From: Amoebophrya sp. A120
Lineage: Eukaryota > Protista > Dinoflagellata
Assembly (NCBI GenBank): GCA_905178155.1
Contig: CAJINV010000013.1
Coordinates: 2,662,158-2,726,157, forward strand
DNA length: 64,000 nt
Direction: 5' to 3'
Of this stretch, positions 23,001 through 34,000 are shown one piece after another. The position numbers were made by a program, and so were the translations under genes. The notes beneath the pieces were generated by a model. That model had not been told where the DNA came from, ran no database searches, and saw only the letters and a list, made by a program, of their open reading frames with translations. How positions within the stretch are numbered: position 1 is the first letter of the stretch; each line of letters starts with the position of its first letter.

Positions 23001-26000
23001 TTGTGACCTCAAATCAGCAACACAAATTTTCGGAAACATACCTTTTCGATATGGGGAGGGGGGATTTTTCCTCTCAATATCGGCTGCTGGTTGTTCGCGG
23101 CTTCAACTTGCTGCTGGTTGTTCGAAAGCTGCACCGTTTGTCTCTTGCTGTGCGCGTACCGCACGGCCGAAACGGCGCAGGCGCGGGTTTTCGCGCACTC
23201 TCCATTGCCCATCATCCGCAGGACGGTGGCTAAGACAAGTTGGTCCCCCACAGCGCCTCCTGCACTAGATGTTGAACTGTGGTCAAGTAGATGAATCAAG
23301 AACCCGAGACATTCCGCAGCTATCACGCGGACCCCCTCCTCGGTGGATTTCGCTAACGAGTTCTCGAGGATGGCGCAAATCTTCTTCCTCAGGAACCCGT
23401 CGTTTTCTTGCAGCAACTCCACAATCTTGGACGAAGATGAAGTAGAGGAGGTGATGTTCGGTGCGGAATTATTGGCTGATGACACTACACCACCAGCAAC
23501 ATTTATCCAAGAAAAAAACTGTGTAAGTGTAACTTTGTGTTGCAGAAAATGCAAAACTGTATACACTTGTCATGCTGGACATGCATCAGAGGCAATTTTC
23601 GTGCCTGTTTTCCCTTACTAGCTACGCATGACAGGTTTTCTGTGTCATGCAGAGCAAACTTGTGATGCTAAACCTCAAAGAAACTTACACTTACACAGTT
23701 TTTTTCCTGGATAACATTCGACGACGGGTGCACACCTACTGCAGCCCCCACCACGTTGCTGTTCTCGCACTCCATGGAGATGACCTCGCGAAAGCCGGTC
23801 AAAAGCAGGTACTGCTTTTTCCTCGTGGTGGCGGACACGACGGAGCTGCTGCTCAAGTTCTCCGTTTCCCGAATGATGCAGTCGACCAGCAGGGTCAGGA
23901 ACGTCGACTGGCCGCCCATGCAACTGTAGCCCAGCGTCAGAGCCGCCGCGTGCGTGATCTCGTCGTCCTCCGAGTTGAGGAAGGACAGCAGCAGCTCCTG
24001 AATGCTCATTTTGCAGCCCTGCTGGCTCTGGTTGTTCGCGATCGTGGTCAAGTCGACGTGCTTGCCAATTTCCCCGAGGGAAAGCAGGGCCAGCTCGGTT
24101 TGAAACTTCGTCACCTCGTCCGCGGTTTGGTGGTCCGCGGAGGTGGACCCGATCTCCGTCAAATTCGCACAGTTCTCCAGCACGATTTCGTGCAAATGCG
24201 GGGACACGATGGCCAGAGCCGCGACGCACTTCGCCAGATTGGCGATCGTGTTTCGCGCCGCCTGTGTGGTGGGCGCCCGCTCGATCACCGGCTCCACCAG
24301 GGTGAGTTGTCGGTACACAGAGTTGCTGTGACTGGCCTGTTGAGTAGTGCTGTTTGTGTACAGACAGAGCATGGAGCCCACAGGACTGCTGTTGCTGTTT
24401 GCCGCACTCGACGTCACGCCGGTCAACTTCGTCTTTTTCGCCGGCTGCCCGTTGGTGCCGACCTCCTCTTCCTGGTAAGAAATTGTGTTCAGAAAGGTCA
24501 GGATGGACACCAGCGCCCCGCCCTGCAGCAGGGGAGAACGGGTGCAGTTCAGAATATTCGGGAGGCATTTTTGCGCGATGACTTCGGAAACCGCAACGGA
24601 CCCGCCGGTGGTGGAATTCAGCGAGTTTATGACCACTTGAACGGCAAGATCGGTAAGGTACCTAGGGCACAAATTTGAATTGATATTTGTGACGCTCGAT
24701 GTCAGAGTCAGCAATAGCAGACCAAATGAAACGACAATAACCGCCGTGCACTAGAGATCATACATATACAATTTGAAAAAAACCTAATCCGCGCAGCAGA
24801 AAAGTTCTGGGAGAGAGATGCTCGGCTGTTTCAAGTCCAGAAAAAAATGCGATTCTATTGTGAATATGCGAAAATCATCAACTCGTTGATAAGTAATCTG
24901 TTTCGACGATACAGGTCCGTGTCCGTGAAGAACGCCGAGGTGGCCGAGACGCAGAGCAGCTGCGTTTTCTCTGGCAGGTTTTTGTATTTCCGCAACAACT
25001 ATCAAATGTAAAAATGTCTGGGTCTGGAAGAATGCAAGATTTGTCATGCATATTTCTCATGACCCATGATGCCTGTAATGCATGCCCTAGCATCACAGGT
25101 TTTCTGAGGGATTCTTGATGCCCATTCCGCATGACAAATGCCCTCTCCGCGTAGCAAAAATTAGATTCCTTTTGCTGCTCATGCAACACAAATTTTTTAG
25201 ACATCGAAACGCAGCATCACAAGTTGCATTCTTCCAGACCCAGACATTTTTACATTTGATAACAACGCCCCCAGACAGTCCAGTGCCTGCTGCCGGATCG
25301 CCCGCTGGTTTTGCGCCAGGTAGTTCACCAGGAACGTGCACATCTGGTGGAGCAAGTCCTCGGAAACCGTTACCTCCAGGTGCGAACTGCAGATCACCTT
25401 CAGTGCGAGCATCGCGCGCATGCGGGTCAGCTCGTTCCGCATTCTTTCCACTGTGTGATTTTTTACTTAGATGCGCTACCTTCTAGTACTTTCTTTCATC
25501 TTAAGTCAAGAACAAGTCCAAGTGCATCCGCCAAGCATGACAGCTTGCGTAGGTGGACCGACGTTGCATTCCAAGATGACGACCACAAGCCGCGCACAAA
25601 ATAAAGCGCAAGAGCGGCGCTATGCAAATAAAAATAGCTCTTCTGTAATGCTATACCAAACGCAGGCAAGCATTTCCCAGCTTCTTCCAGAAAGCTGTCC
25701 CCCGTGCAGGCCAGGGCGTGCGCGAAACAGTCTAAACTCGCTTCCTTCACGTCCTGGTCCAAATCGGTTTTCTGGAGCTTCTCTTGCAAGATCGGAAACA
25801 AAGGCTGTATTATCGTGCGGGACTTCGCCAGTGAGTCGCTGTCGCCCATAATCGCATCCCCACTCTGGTCGTTGCCGCTCTTCGTGAGATTGCTCAGCAA
25901 CAACGGGTAGAGGTAGACGGAGACCACGCGCAGCGCTTCCGCAACCGCCTTGTACCCCCGGTATTCCTGCTTCGATCGCTCGTTGGCGCTGATCAGTTTG

Positions 26001-29000
26001 AACAGCTTCGGGAGGCCATGCATTGCAAAAGAACCGTACTAGTTAGTTATTGCACGACAAATTTCAATTTGCCCAAGTTGCTGTAGATGAATAAAAGCCC
26101 AAATTGTAACATATGCTACTGTTGCTTAACAATGGGATCCGTCAACATCATGTGCAGTTATTTTAGTAAGTACTTTTGCAAAGCATAAAGGATGTCCGAG
26201 GACAGTTTCAAATACACCGCGGCGTCTACGTAGTGACTGATCAGGTTTTTCAAAATGATCAGGGTGTCCAGCAAAATCTGCACAGAAATACTGTCGGACG
26301 TCGCCGGGGTCAGCCCGGACAGAAAGTTCGCGGTGATACTCGAATTGCTGTTCGCGAGCAGCGGCTGCTCCAGTTGCGTGGGGAGCAGTTGCGACAGCGT
26401 CTTCAACAACTGAAAAGCACCCTGCTTCGACTTGCCATTCAACTGCTTCGCCAGGGCTGGCACCAGGGTTTTGGGAATCAAGCCGACGAATTTCTGCAGC
26501 GACTCGGTTTTTATCGCCGAGGCCGTCCGCTTCATCGCTCCGGGGGTTGTAGTGCTGTTAGTACCGCCACCGGAAGTAGAACTTGCCGGTGCTCCACCCC
26601 CGTCGCTCGACTGCCCGGTCGGAGTTCTCGACGGCGGCAAGAAATTTCCTGGTAGCTGTACCAGCATATTGTTCATCGCTCCGGCCATCTCGGGGTGCAA
26701 TCCCGAAAGAAAAGTGCTTTCATTCGTCGGCTGCCTCGTCCCAATAGTGCTGGCGCCGCCCCGCAAACCACCGGACACCGCGCCGCCCGACTGGTGAAAG
26801 GAGCAGGTCACTTTCATCCTTACGAAAAACTACGTGTTTCACTGCATACGATCGAAGTTGCAACGCAAAAAACAATTTTCCACAAGGAATAACATCACAG
26901 CTGCTCGAAACCAAACTACCATCTTGCATGTGTAGCAGGCAACAACTTTCTATTTTCTCGATTCATGCAAAATCTCCAGTCGACAATGAAACAGTAAAAC
27001 AGTTTCCTCCTCTGATAACTTTTGCGAGGCATTCAATGGTGCAGAAGGCGTCCAGTTTCACGTTTGCGTCCCGCTCGTTCGTAAAGCGCTGGATGCAGGG
27101 GTTGGCGAACTTCTCCAGGATGGTCTCCAGTTTGGAACTATGCATTGCAAAAGCCTCCTATTGTAGTAAAGCTCGCAACAGAAAAAATTTGCATTGCTCG
27201 GCATCCAAGGATGTATTCAAAATGCTGACAGACTTATTGCCTCGTAAATGTAAATCACATGGATCTGTCACTGTCAGCACCCAGTATAATTGCAATAATA
27301 TTGCTCAACCTGGGCGAGGCTCTTACCGGGGATAGAACGGCAGCCCTGTAATCATCGCCGTCGCGAGTTTGAAGGCTGCTCGTCGCACCTTCCAGGTATA
27401 ACCCGCTCAGGTGTTACAATCTGAAACGTTACAATAGAATCTGGAATTTGTCTTGCGTGATGAGCATGACAGAATCCCAGAGCATTCCACTTTCTGCAAC
27501 ACAAATTTCCACAGATTCTAGTGCGGTTTGGGGGTCCGAAACTTGTCATGCGCAATCCTGTGGGAGCAGGCCAGATGTTGCGCATTTTGCAACACAAATT
27601 CCAGACTCCAGCATTGTAACGGTTGAGATTGTAACACCTGAGCAGGTTATACCAGGACTCCTGGTCGTCTTCCTCGTCGGAGTCGTACTCGCTATGGGAG
27701 CGTCAGAGTTGAAATCGTCAAAGTTGAAATAATTTGTAATGCATAAAATGCGACACAAAAAGTGACTCTATTGCAGAGGACCCACGGGAGGCAGATTATA
27801 GACCTGGTAAGGGTCAAAAGTTGGACTGCTAACTACCATGACAGGAGGCAGCTCTTTTGCCCTAAACCGCATGACAGACTCGCTTCCAGGACCGGGAAAA
27901 TTTGTCATGCACCGACTACAGACTGCAGGTCTAACTGGTATCCGTTTTATGCATGGCAAACTATTTCAACTTTGACGATTTCAAACCTGACACATCCATA
28001 CTCGCTCTGATCACTGTAATCGGAGTCCCCTCCGCTGCCGCCCATATCTTCGTCCTCGTCACCGCCACCGTAGTAATTGGGGTCGTCTTATCCACTGCAA
28101 ATCGCCGTCTGGGTCAATCTCCTGTCTGAAACGTGTATTTAATGCTGTCGACACCACCCGCTTATATTGTAAGTAAGTACTACCGGCCGAGCAGTCATGT
28201 TATCATCTTTTTCAGAGAAACAAAAATACACGATGATGCACAAGTACCACCAGTCAGATGAGAAATTTTTGCAACATGCCGCACTCGTCGGTGCGGCGCT
28301 CATGATGAAATATCTGACATTATATCAATACAGACTTTCTTCATCGCGATCACACGAAATGCAAATGCGGAAAAAGAATTCCAGCTGTGCATGATTCATC
28401 TTTCAGGAGATCTCGTCCCAGCAGACAGCTGTAATTTGCGAGTGTTACGTAGGCGATGAGATCCAAAACGAGTTCAAGTATTGGTTCGAAAAACTCCGGC
28501 TCCGCCATTTCTTTCATCCCGGAGCCATTATTCCAGGAGCAAAACGCCTGAAACGTCAGCAGACAGTTCTCCACGATCTCGGTGCTGTGCTTGGCGGACA
28601 ATTGACTGCTGGAGGAGGAGTGGTCGTGGTTCAGGTTAATCGTGTTTTCCCGGCAGATTTGGAGAAACAGGGGGATGATCTCCGGGATGTGGCGCGCAAA
28701 CACCCGCGGGTTGCACGCATTTTTCCCGATCGCGGCGATCGACTGCAAGCACAGCATGCGGTCGGCCAGCAGCGACTCTGGCGTTTGGCTGCTCCCGCCG
28801 TTGCCGTTGTCCGGCTTGGGCTTCGTCAGGTTCAGGAACGTGATCAGCAGCGCTTCCAGCTGGTTCTCGAGCAAAACGGTGGAGAGGATCCCGAAGCACT
28901 GGGCGCACTTCTTCCGGATGGAAAGCTTCGTCACGGGGGATTGCAACAAGTTCAGCAAACCGGGGGTCATCTTTTCCGCGTGCACCCGGCTGCTGTCGCC

Positions 29001-29945
29001 GAACCGACGGAGAACCTCGTGGAGCAATTAAGTGGATTTTGGTTTTTCTTCGCTATTCAAGGCTTGCTGTGAGTTCTAAATACGTACTTTAATCCAATGG
29101 AGCATCGCTATCTTCTATGTCGCAAAAAAACGTATGATATTCCTTTACCTCACATAGCACGTCCAAGCATTCCTCCTTCACCTCTGCCTTGAAGTTCGCC
29201 GACCAAGTATTGGAGTGCACAATTGTTCCCCTTCGTCGTCATTTGTCATGCAAAACACTAAACTGTTCCCACCCTTGCGTCACTCTAAAATGGATGACAA
29301 ATTTCTGAATCACCCGAAAAAGTAGCATGAAACTCGGCGCATGAACTTGATGTCGCGCACATGCTCCATGTGTGCTGCTGTTTCTGCATCTGCTTTCCTG
29401 AAAATAAATGTTTATCGTTATCCCATACAAATGAGTTGGACGCGAGGCGGGTGTTGTGCACTCTTATACAAAATGCCGGACAACATCCTGGGCAGCACGT
29501 TCTGGCAGACCACCTGCCCCGAGGTCTGTGGATTCAGCTCCAGTAATAGGCCCTTCAGGCAGGTGGCGTAGATGTCGCGCACCTTCTCGTTTCCCTCCAA
29601 AACCAGGTGCGCCAGGCGCCCGGCCGCTTCGCCGATCAGAGGCTCCTGGAACTTGCACACGATCTTCGCCAGGCACTTGACAGCGTTGCCCTGCACCTCA
29701 ATGCTTGCATCTTCCAACTGGTGAAGAAACGCGTTGGAAATTCTCTTTTGCATGTTAACCTCCAACGGCTGATTCTGCTGGGTCGTGATTTGTTGCGTCA
29801 GATCACTGGCCGCCATGAATCGGACATCCTTGTCGTAGTTCTCCATGCCCTGGTCCCCCAGAAGCTGGGAGAAGGAGCCCACGTTCGTGCCGCCGCCGCT
29901 GCCCAGGCTGGCGCTGTGCGGGTGGCCGCGCTGGTAGCCGGTCAT
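20099..29945 (-). CDS. CAND1: Cullin-associated NEDD8-dissociated protein 1 (HEAT repeat, TIP120), ~15 exons
   Basis: Hallmark motifs appear in the expected order: DKDVRFMAASDL, LEDASIEVQGNAVKCL, YDPNY, SWKVRRAA (split by an introner), [54 protein letters not shown], and C-terminal DIQVLA...IEPLERAI. Confidence 0.95.
20733..22118. mobile_element. ~1.39-kb GC-rich non-autonomous TIR element inside the last CAND1 intron
   Basis: Perfect 21-bp TIRs tggtaaccaaatgcgtgcgcg (20733-20753) / cgcgcacgcatttggttacca (22098-22118). The 5-bp flanks are imperfect (GATAT/GATCA). There is an internal ~109-bp tandem duplication (~21428-21645) and no credible ORF. Confidence 0.8.
22758..23079. mobile_element. 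Introner, family C (322 bp; TIR with ATCCCCCCTCCCCATATC; TSD TCGGC) in CAND1
   Basis: TIRs tatcgaaaggaaacatcccccctccccatatc / gatatggggaggggggatttttcctctcaata. Removal gives QQP-KKQLMQPFINALEDPD. Confidence 0.9.
23504..23713. mobile_element. Introner, family B (210 bp; TIR TATCCAAGAAAAAAACTGTGTAAGTGTAA; TSD ACATT) in CAND1
   Basis: ~30-bp TIRs; ACATT occurs at 23499-23503 and 23714-23718. Removal gives PSSNV-AGGVV. Confidence 0.9.
25000..25261. mobile_element. Introner, family A (262 bp; TSD ACAAC) in CAND1, opposite orientation to the 10455 copy
   Basis: Perfect long TIRs; ACAAC occurs at 24995-24999 and 25262-25266. Removal gives LGAL-LRKYK. The interior is the reverse complement of the 10455-10716 interior. 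Confidence 0.92.
26013..26188. mobile_element. Degenerate introner-derived non-canonical intron in CAND1
   Basis: Short inverted repeat atgcattgcaaaag / cttttgcaaagcat and a residual direct repeat. Removal gives SDIL-PKLFKL. Confidence 0.6.
27397..27651. mobile_element. Introner, family E (255 bp; TIR TATAACC.GCTCAGGTGTTACAATCT; TSD CCAGG) in CAND1
   Basis: CCAGG occurs at 27392-27396 and 27652-27656. Removal restores the conserved ESW-KVRRAA motif. Confidence 0.92.
27693..28000. mobile_element. Introner, family D (308 bp; TIR with TTGAAATCGTCAAAGTTGAAAT; TSD CTCGC) in CAND1
   Basis: CTCGC occurs at 27688-27692 and 28001-28005. Removal gives DQSE-YDSDEEDD. Confidence 0.9.
29204..29469. mobile_element. 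Introner-like non-canonical first intron of CAND1, family F (IR GAGTGCACAA)
   Basis: Inverted repeat gtattggagtgcacaa / ttgtgcactcttatac and an internal tttgtcatgc. GT..TG removal gives SGIL-SANFKAEVKEECLDV. Confidence 0.7.
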
Positions 29946-31072
29946 TCTCGTTGCGGCCAGTTGTACTAGTTGCAGAAGTAGACGCGAGTGGCTGTGTCGT
30001 CCAGAAAATCAGTGGGAGGAAGCGCTTTTTAGGACCGGCGGACGAGTGGAGACAAGAAGTATCTCTTCTAAGTACACTAGTAGAGCCTCCGAAGCAGGGG
30101 GAGCTTCAGCTTCTTCATCGTCCTCTGCGAGCGCTGCGCTTTCATTGTCGCCATGTGAAGGTAGCTACATGCTTACCCTACTCCCTTGGTCAGAATCAGA
30201 AAACAGTCAGGGCCTCTCCGACTCCGTCATATACTTTTTACAACTTTATCTTCGTGGCTTTGTACTGAAAATTATCCGGACACAACATTTTCGCCTCAAT
30301 AGCATCTTTCTACGAGACGAGTTTCGTTTTACAATGCGACTCGAATCCTTATTCCTAGCAGCTCGTCCTGGAAACCATCAAATTTTGAAAAGGCAATCAC
30401 GACAAGAAGATCGTATCAACAAGCAACATAAAACAGGCGTCTTTGGAAAAAAAAACCCTGGTGACCGAGCTTTGCCGAGAGATGTAAGCTCAGGGTAAGA
30501 ACTGCGCAGATCTAGCTTGAATCATCTTTCAAGGCAGCAAAAGTGGATAAACATGAATCAGCCAAAAAAGCAGTAAGCATATTGTATTCTGGATCGTCGT
30601 CAATAAAAGGCTGAACTTCATTAAGTACGTGAAGAGCGGCTTTCCTCCTTACGAGGGAGCCATGACGTGTCCTCAATCAGAAACGCCTTTTTTGAAACGC
30701 CCTAAAATTCAAATACTTAAATAACCCGCTATGTTCCGGGAAACACGAAAACAACGCATAGGAAATCATGTATCATGAGAACAGTCAGCTCGTCTAAAGA
30801 CTTTTCATGAGAACAGTCAGGCACTTTAAAAGTGCCTCACACAAAAACGCCAGCGAGACCACGCCCGGGCACGACGGTTCATTATTATTTTGGCTTCTCG
30901 GGTTCAAATGCAAAGAAAAGCTAAGGCTGGTGGCCGTGGCTTAAGCTTTCATTTTTTTGCATTAATAAGTAGTAGAACGACTTCACTTGTTGTGTTCCTC
31001 TGTCAGTCGCTGCTTTGGAGGATTCATTTTCGCACACAATGTAAAAGTTGGAACGGTGTCCCTGCTCTATCT

Positions 31073-34000
31073 TCAACTGTACTTTTTTTTCAGGTCCTCT
31101 ATGTGCGCAACGTACTCTTTTCTCGCCTCGTCCGTCGATTTTCCCTTGTTCTTTTCCTGCATGCTAAGGAAAGGAACACCCCCGCCAGAAAAGCAGAACG
31201 TTTGCCATGCTGAACATGCTCAATAGCCACAGAGGATTCCTTGTCTGTCAAACCAAAAGCCGCAACTAGGCGATCTTTTCTTTTCTGGCATGAAAGAGTG
31301 TACTTTTCTGGCCGATCATATCCCATGCGTCCCACTTGTATTTTGCTTCAAACCCGGAGAGCATACCTGGTTTTGCGGTCGTGTTGTCGCCGACGGTGAC
31401 TTGCTTGTAGAGCCTATCCAATGCAAATATTTATTGTTCCAGGTCTGGAATTGTCATGCAAATAGCTGATTGCACAGGATGGTTGCGGCCAAGGTGATCA
31501 TGCATGGCTGAGCGGGAGCAATTTATCATCATCATCATCATCATCATCATCGTTATGATCATCATCCTTGAGTGGCCACTTTCCCCTGCGCTACATGCTC
31601 GAATCCCCCAGGGCGGGGGACGGCAGCTAGCCTATTCTTTTGGCCTCGTGCAAAAGTTGATGCTGTTTGGCAATTTAGCCGTATATTCTTTTTCATGTCC
31701 ATGCTCCATGACAGATCCGCTCTGCAGCACACCGACCTCCTCGTGTAGCGTCAGAAGAAGTTGTCAGGTTCCAGACCCAGACATTCTTAATCTGATTTTT
31801 TGTAGAGACCCTGACGCTGTGAGACCCAAACCAGCGAAACACGACGGCAGCGTGGTTTGTTTGTGTTTCGAATGATGGGAAAAAAATAAGCACACCGTCG
31901 CGATTTCGATTTGTGTGTTTTTTTGGGGGATCCGCCCGCTCCCCGGGGATCCGCCTTCCCCCAGGGGATCCGCCCGCTCCCCGGGGATCCGCCTTCCCCC
32001 AGGGGATCCGCCCGCTCCCCGGGGATCCGCCTTCGCCCCGGGGATCCGCCTTCCCCCAGGGGATCCGCCTTCCCCCAGGGGATCCGCCTTCCCCCAGGGG
32101 ATCCGCCCGCAGGCAGGGGATCCGCCGGCTCCCGGGGGATCCGCCCGTTCCCCGGGGATCCGCCCGTCCCCCGGGGATCCGCCTTCGCCCAGGAGCCCGC
32201 CCATTCCCCGGGGAACCGGGTTCACGCAGGGGATCTGCCCGCTCCCCGGGGATCCGCCCGCTCCCCGAGGATCCGCCTTGGCCCAGGGGATCCGCCCGCT
32301 CCCCGGGGATCCGCCCGCTCCCCGAGGATCCGCCCGCTCCCCGGGGATCCGCCCGCGCCCCGAGGATCCGCCCGCTTCCCGGGGATCCGCCTTCGCCCAG
32401 GGGAGCCGCCCGTTTCCCGGGGATCCGCCCGCTCCCCGGGGATCCGCCTTCGCCCAGGGGAGCCGCCCGTTCCCCGGGGATCCGCCCGCTCCCTGGGGAT
32501 CCGCCCGCGCCCCGAGGATCCGCCCGCCCCCCGGGGATCCGCCCGCGCCCCGAGGATACGCCCGCTCCCTGGGGATCCGCCTTCGCCCAGGGGATCCGCC
32601 TTCGCCCAGGGGATCCGCCTGCTACTCGGGGATCCGCCCGCCCCCCGGGGATCCGCCCGCTCCCCGGGGACCCGCCCGCTCTCCGGGGATCCGCCCGTTC
32701 CCCGGGGATCCGCCGGCTTCCCGCGGGATCCACCTGTTCTCCGGGGGATCCGCCCGCTCCCCGGGGATCCGCCTGCTTTCCGGGGGATCCGCCCGCGCCC
32801 CGGGGGGTCCGCCGGCTCTTCGGGGGATCCGCCCTCGCCCGGGGGATCCGCCCTCGCCTCGGTGGATCCGCCTGGTCTTCGGGGGATCCGCCCTCGCCCC
32901 GGAGGGCCGGTCCGCCTCCCGCGGATCCGCGCGCCCTTGGTCGCACCTTTGCCCGGGGGGTTAATAAGCCTACGAACTTTCTTTGGGTGGGTCCTCCTCA
33001 GTTCGGGGGATCCGCCCTCGCCCCGGTGCGTTCGCTCCAGCCTCCGGGGATCTCCGCTTGCCAGGGGGGGTCCGATATTCGTGCCAGCCCCTCGGACTGC
33101 GCCGGCGTTGCGGGGCTTCACTCCCCCTTCGACGGGCGCCCGGGCGGCCCGGGGCGGGTGCGCCCTTGCGCCAGAGGCTCCGGCCTTAGCTAGGGGTCCC
33201 TGCCCTTGTCGCGTTGGCGGTGAGCACGGTCACCGGCAAACCGGCGCACATTTCTTGCTTCGGCTTGGTAATAATCTACTTACAGCTTGTCATGGTTGTC
33301 AAAGCGGCGTTTTGACAACCAACGGCGTTGTGACAACCACACAACAGCACAGCAGCAGCTAGACAACTTGACAGCCAAAGAGTCAAGATGTGACAACCAC
33401 ACAGAAGCAAGGGCCGTTCGCACAACCGCCAGAGGCCTTGAGAACCGAGAGAATGTGCGCCGGTTTGCCGCGATGCCCTGCACTCGGGTGCGTTCCAAAA
33501 TCTTTCAAAATGTGCGCCGGTTTGCCGCGGTGCCCGTGGCGCCGCATCAGAGTGGCCGGCGCGCCCCCGGGAATCCGCCCGGGGGATCCGCCCTCGCCCC
33601 CGGGGATCCACCCGTTGCCCGGGGGATCCGCCCGCCCTCCGGGGGATCCGCCCGTTCTCCGGGGGATCCGCCCGCTCCCCGGGGGATCCACCCTCGCCCC
33701 CGGGGGGTCCGCCCTCGCTTCGGGGGGTCCGCCCTGTCCCCGGGGAAATCCTCCCGGATGAGGTAGTGCGTACCACGGGAGAAAGGGCTCCGGAGGAGTC
33801 CTCTCCGGAATCCCCTCCCGAAATCGACGTTGTGCCGCCGGGGAAAGACCGCGAAGGACGGCGCCAATCCGGTCAGAGGATTCCGGAGGGGATTTCGGAA
33901 TCCTCTCCGGAATCCTCTGTGGAATCCTCTCCCGAATTCGGGGCAGTGCCATCGGGGGAAGGGCGCGGAAGACGGCCCAAATTGGGCCAGAGGATTCCTG

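Noticed and set aside
20099-29945. Interpreting CAND1 and the other genes as transposon-disrupted pseudogenes
   Set aside because: The exons show no stops or frameshifts and conserved motifs rejoin exactly at every insertion checked, which fits functional introns better.
31925-33060. Regular ~20-bp repeats as a CRISPR array
   Set aside because: The units are head-to-tail with no unique spacers, there are no cas genes, and the context is eukaryotic.
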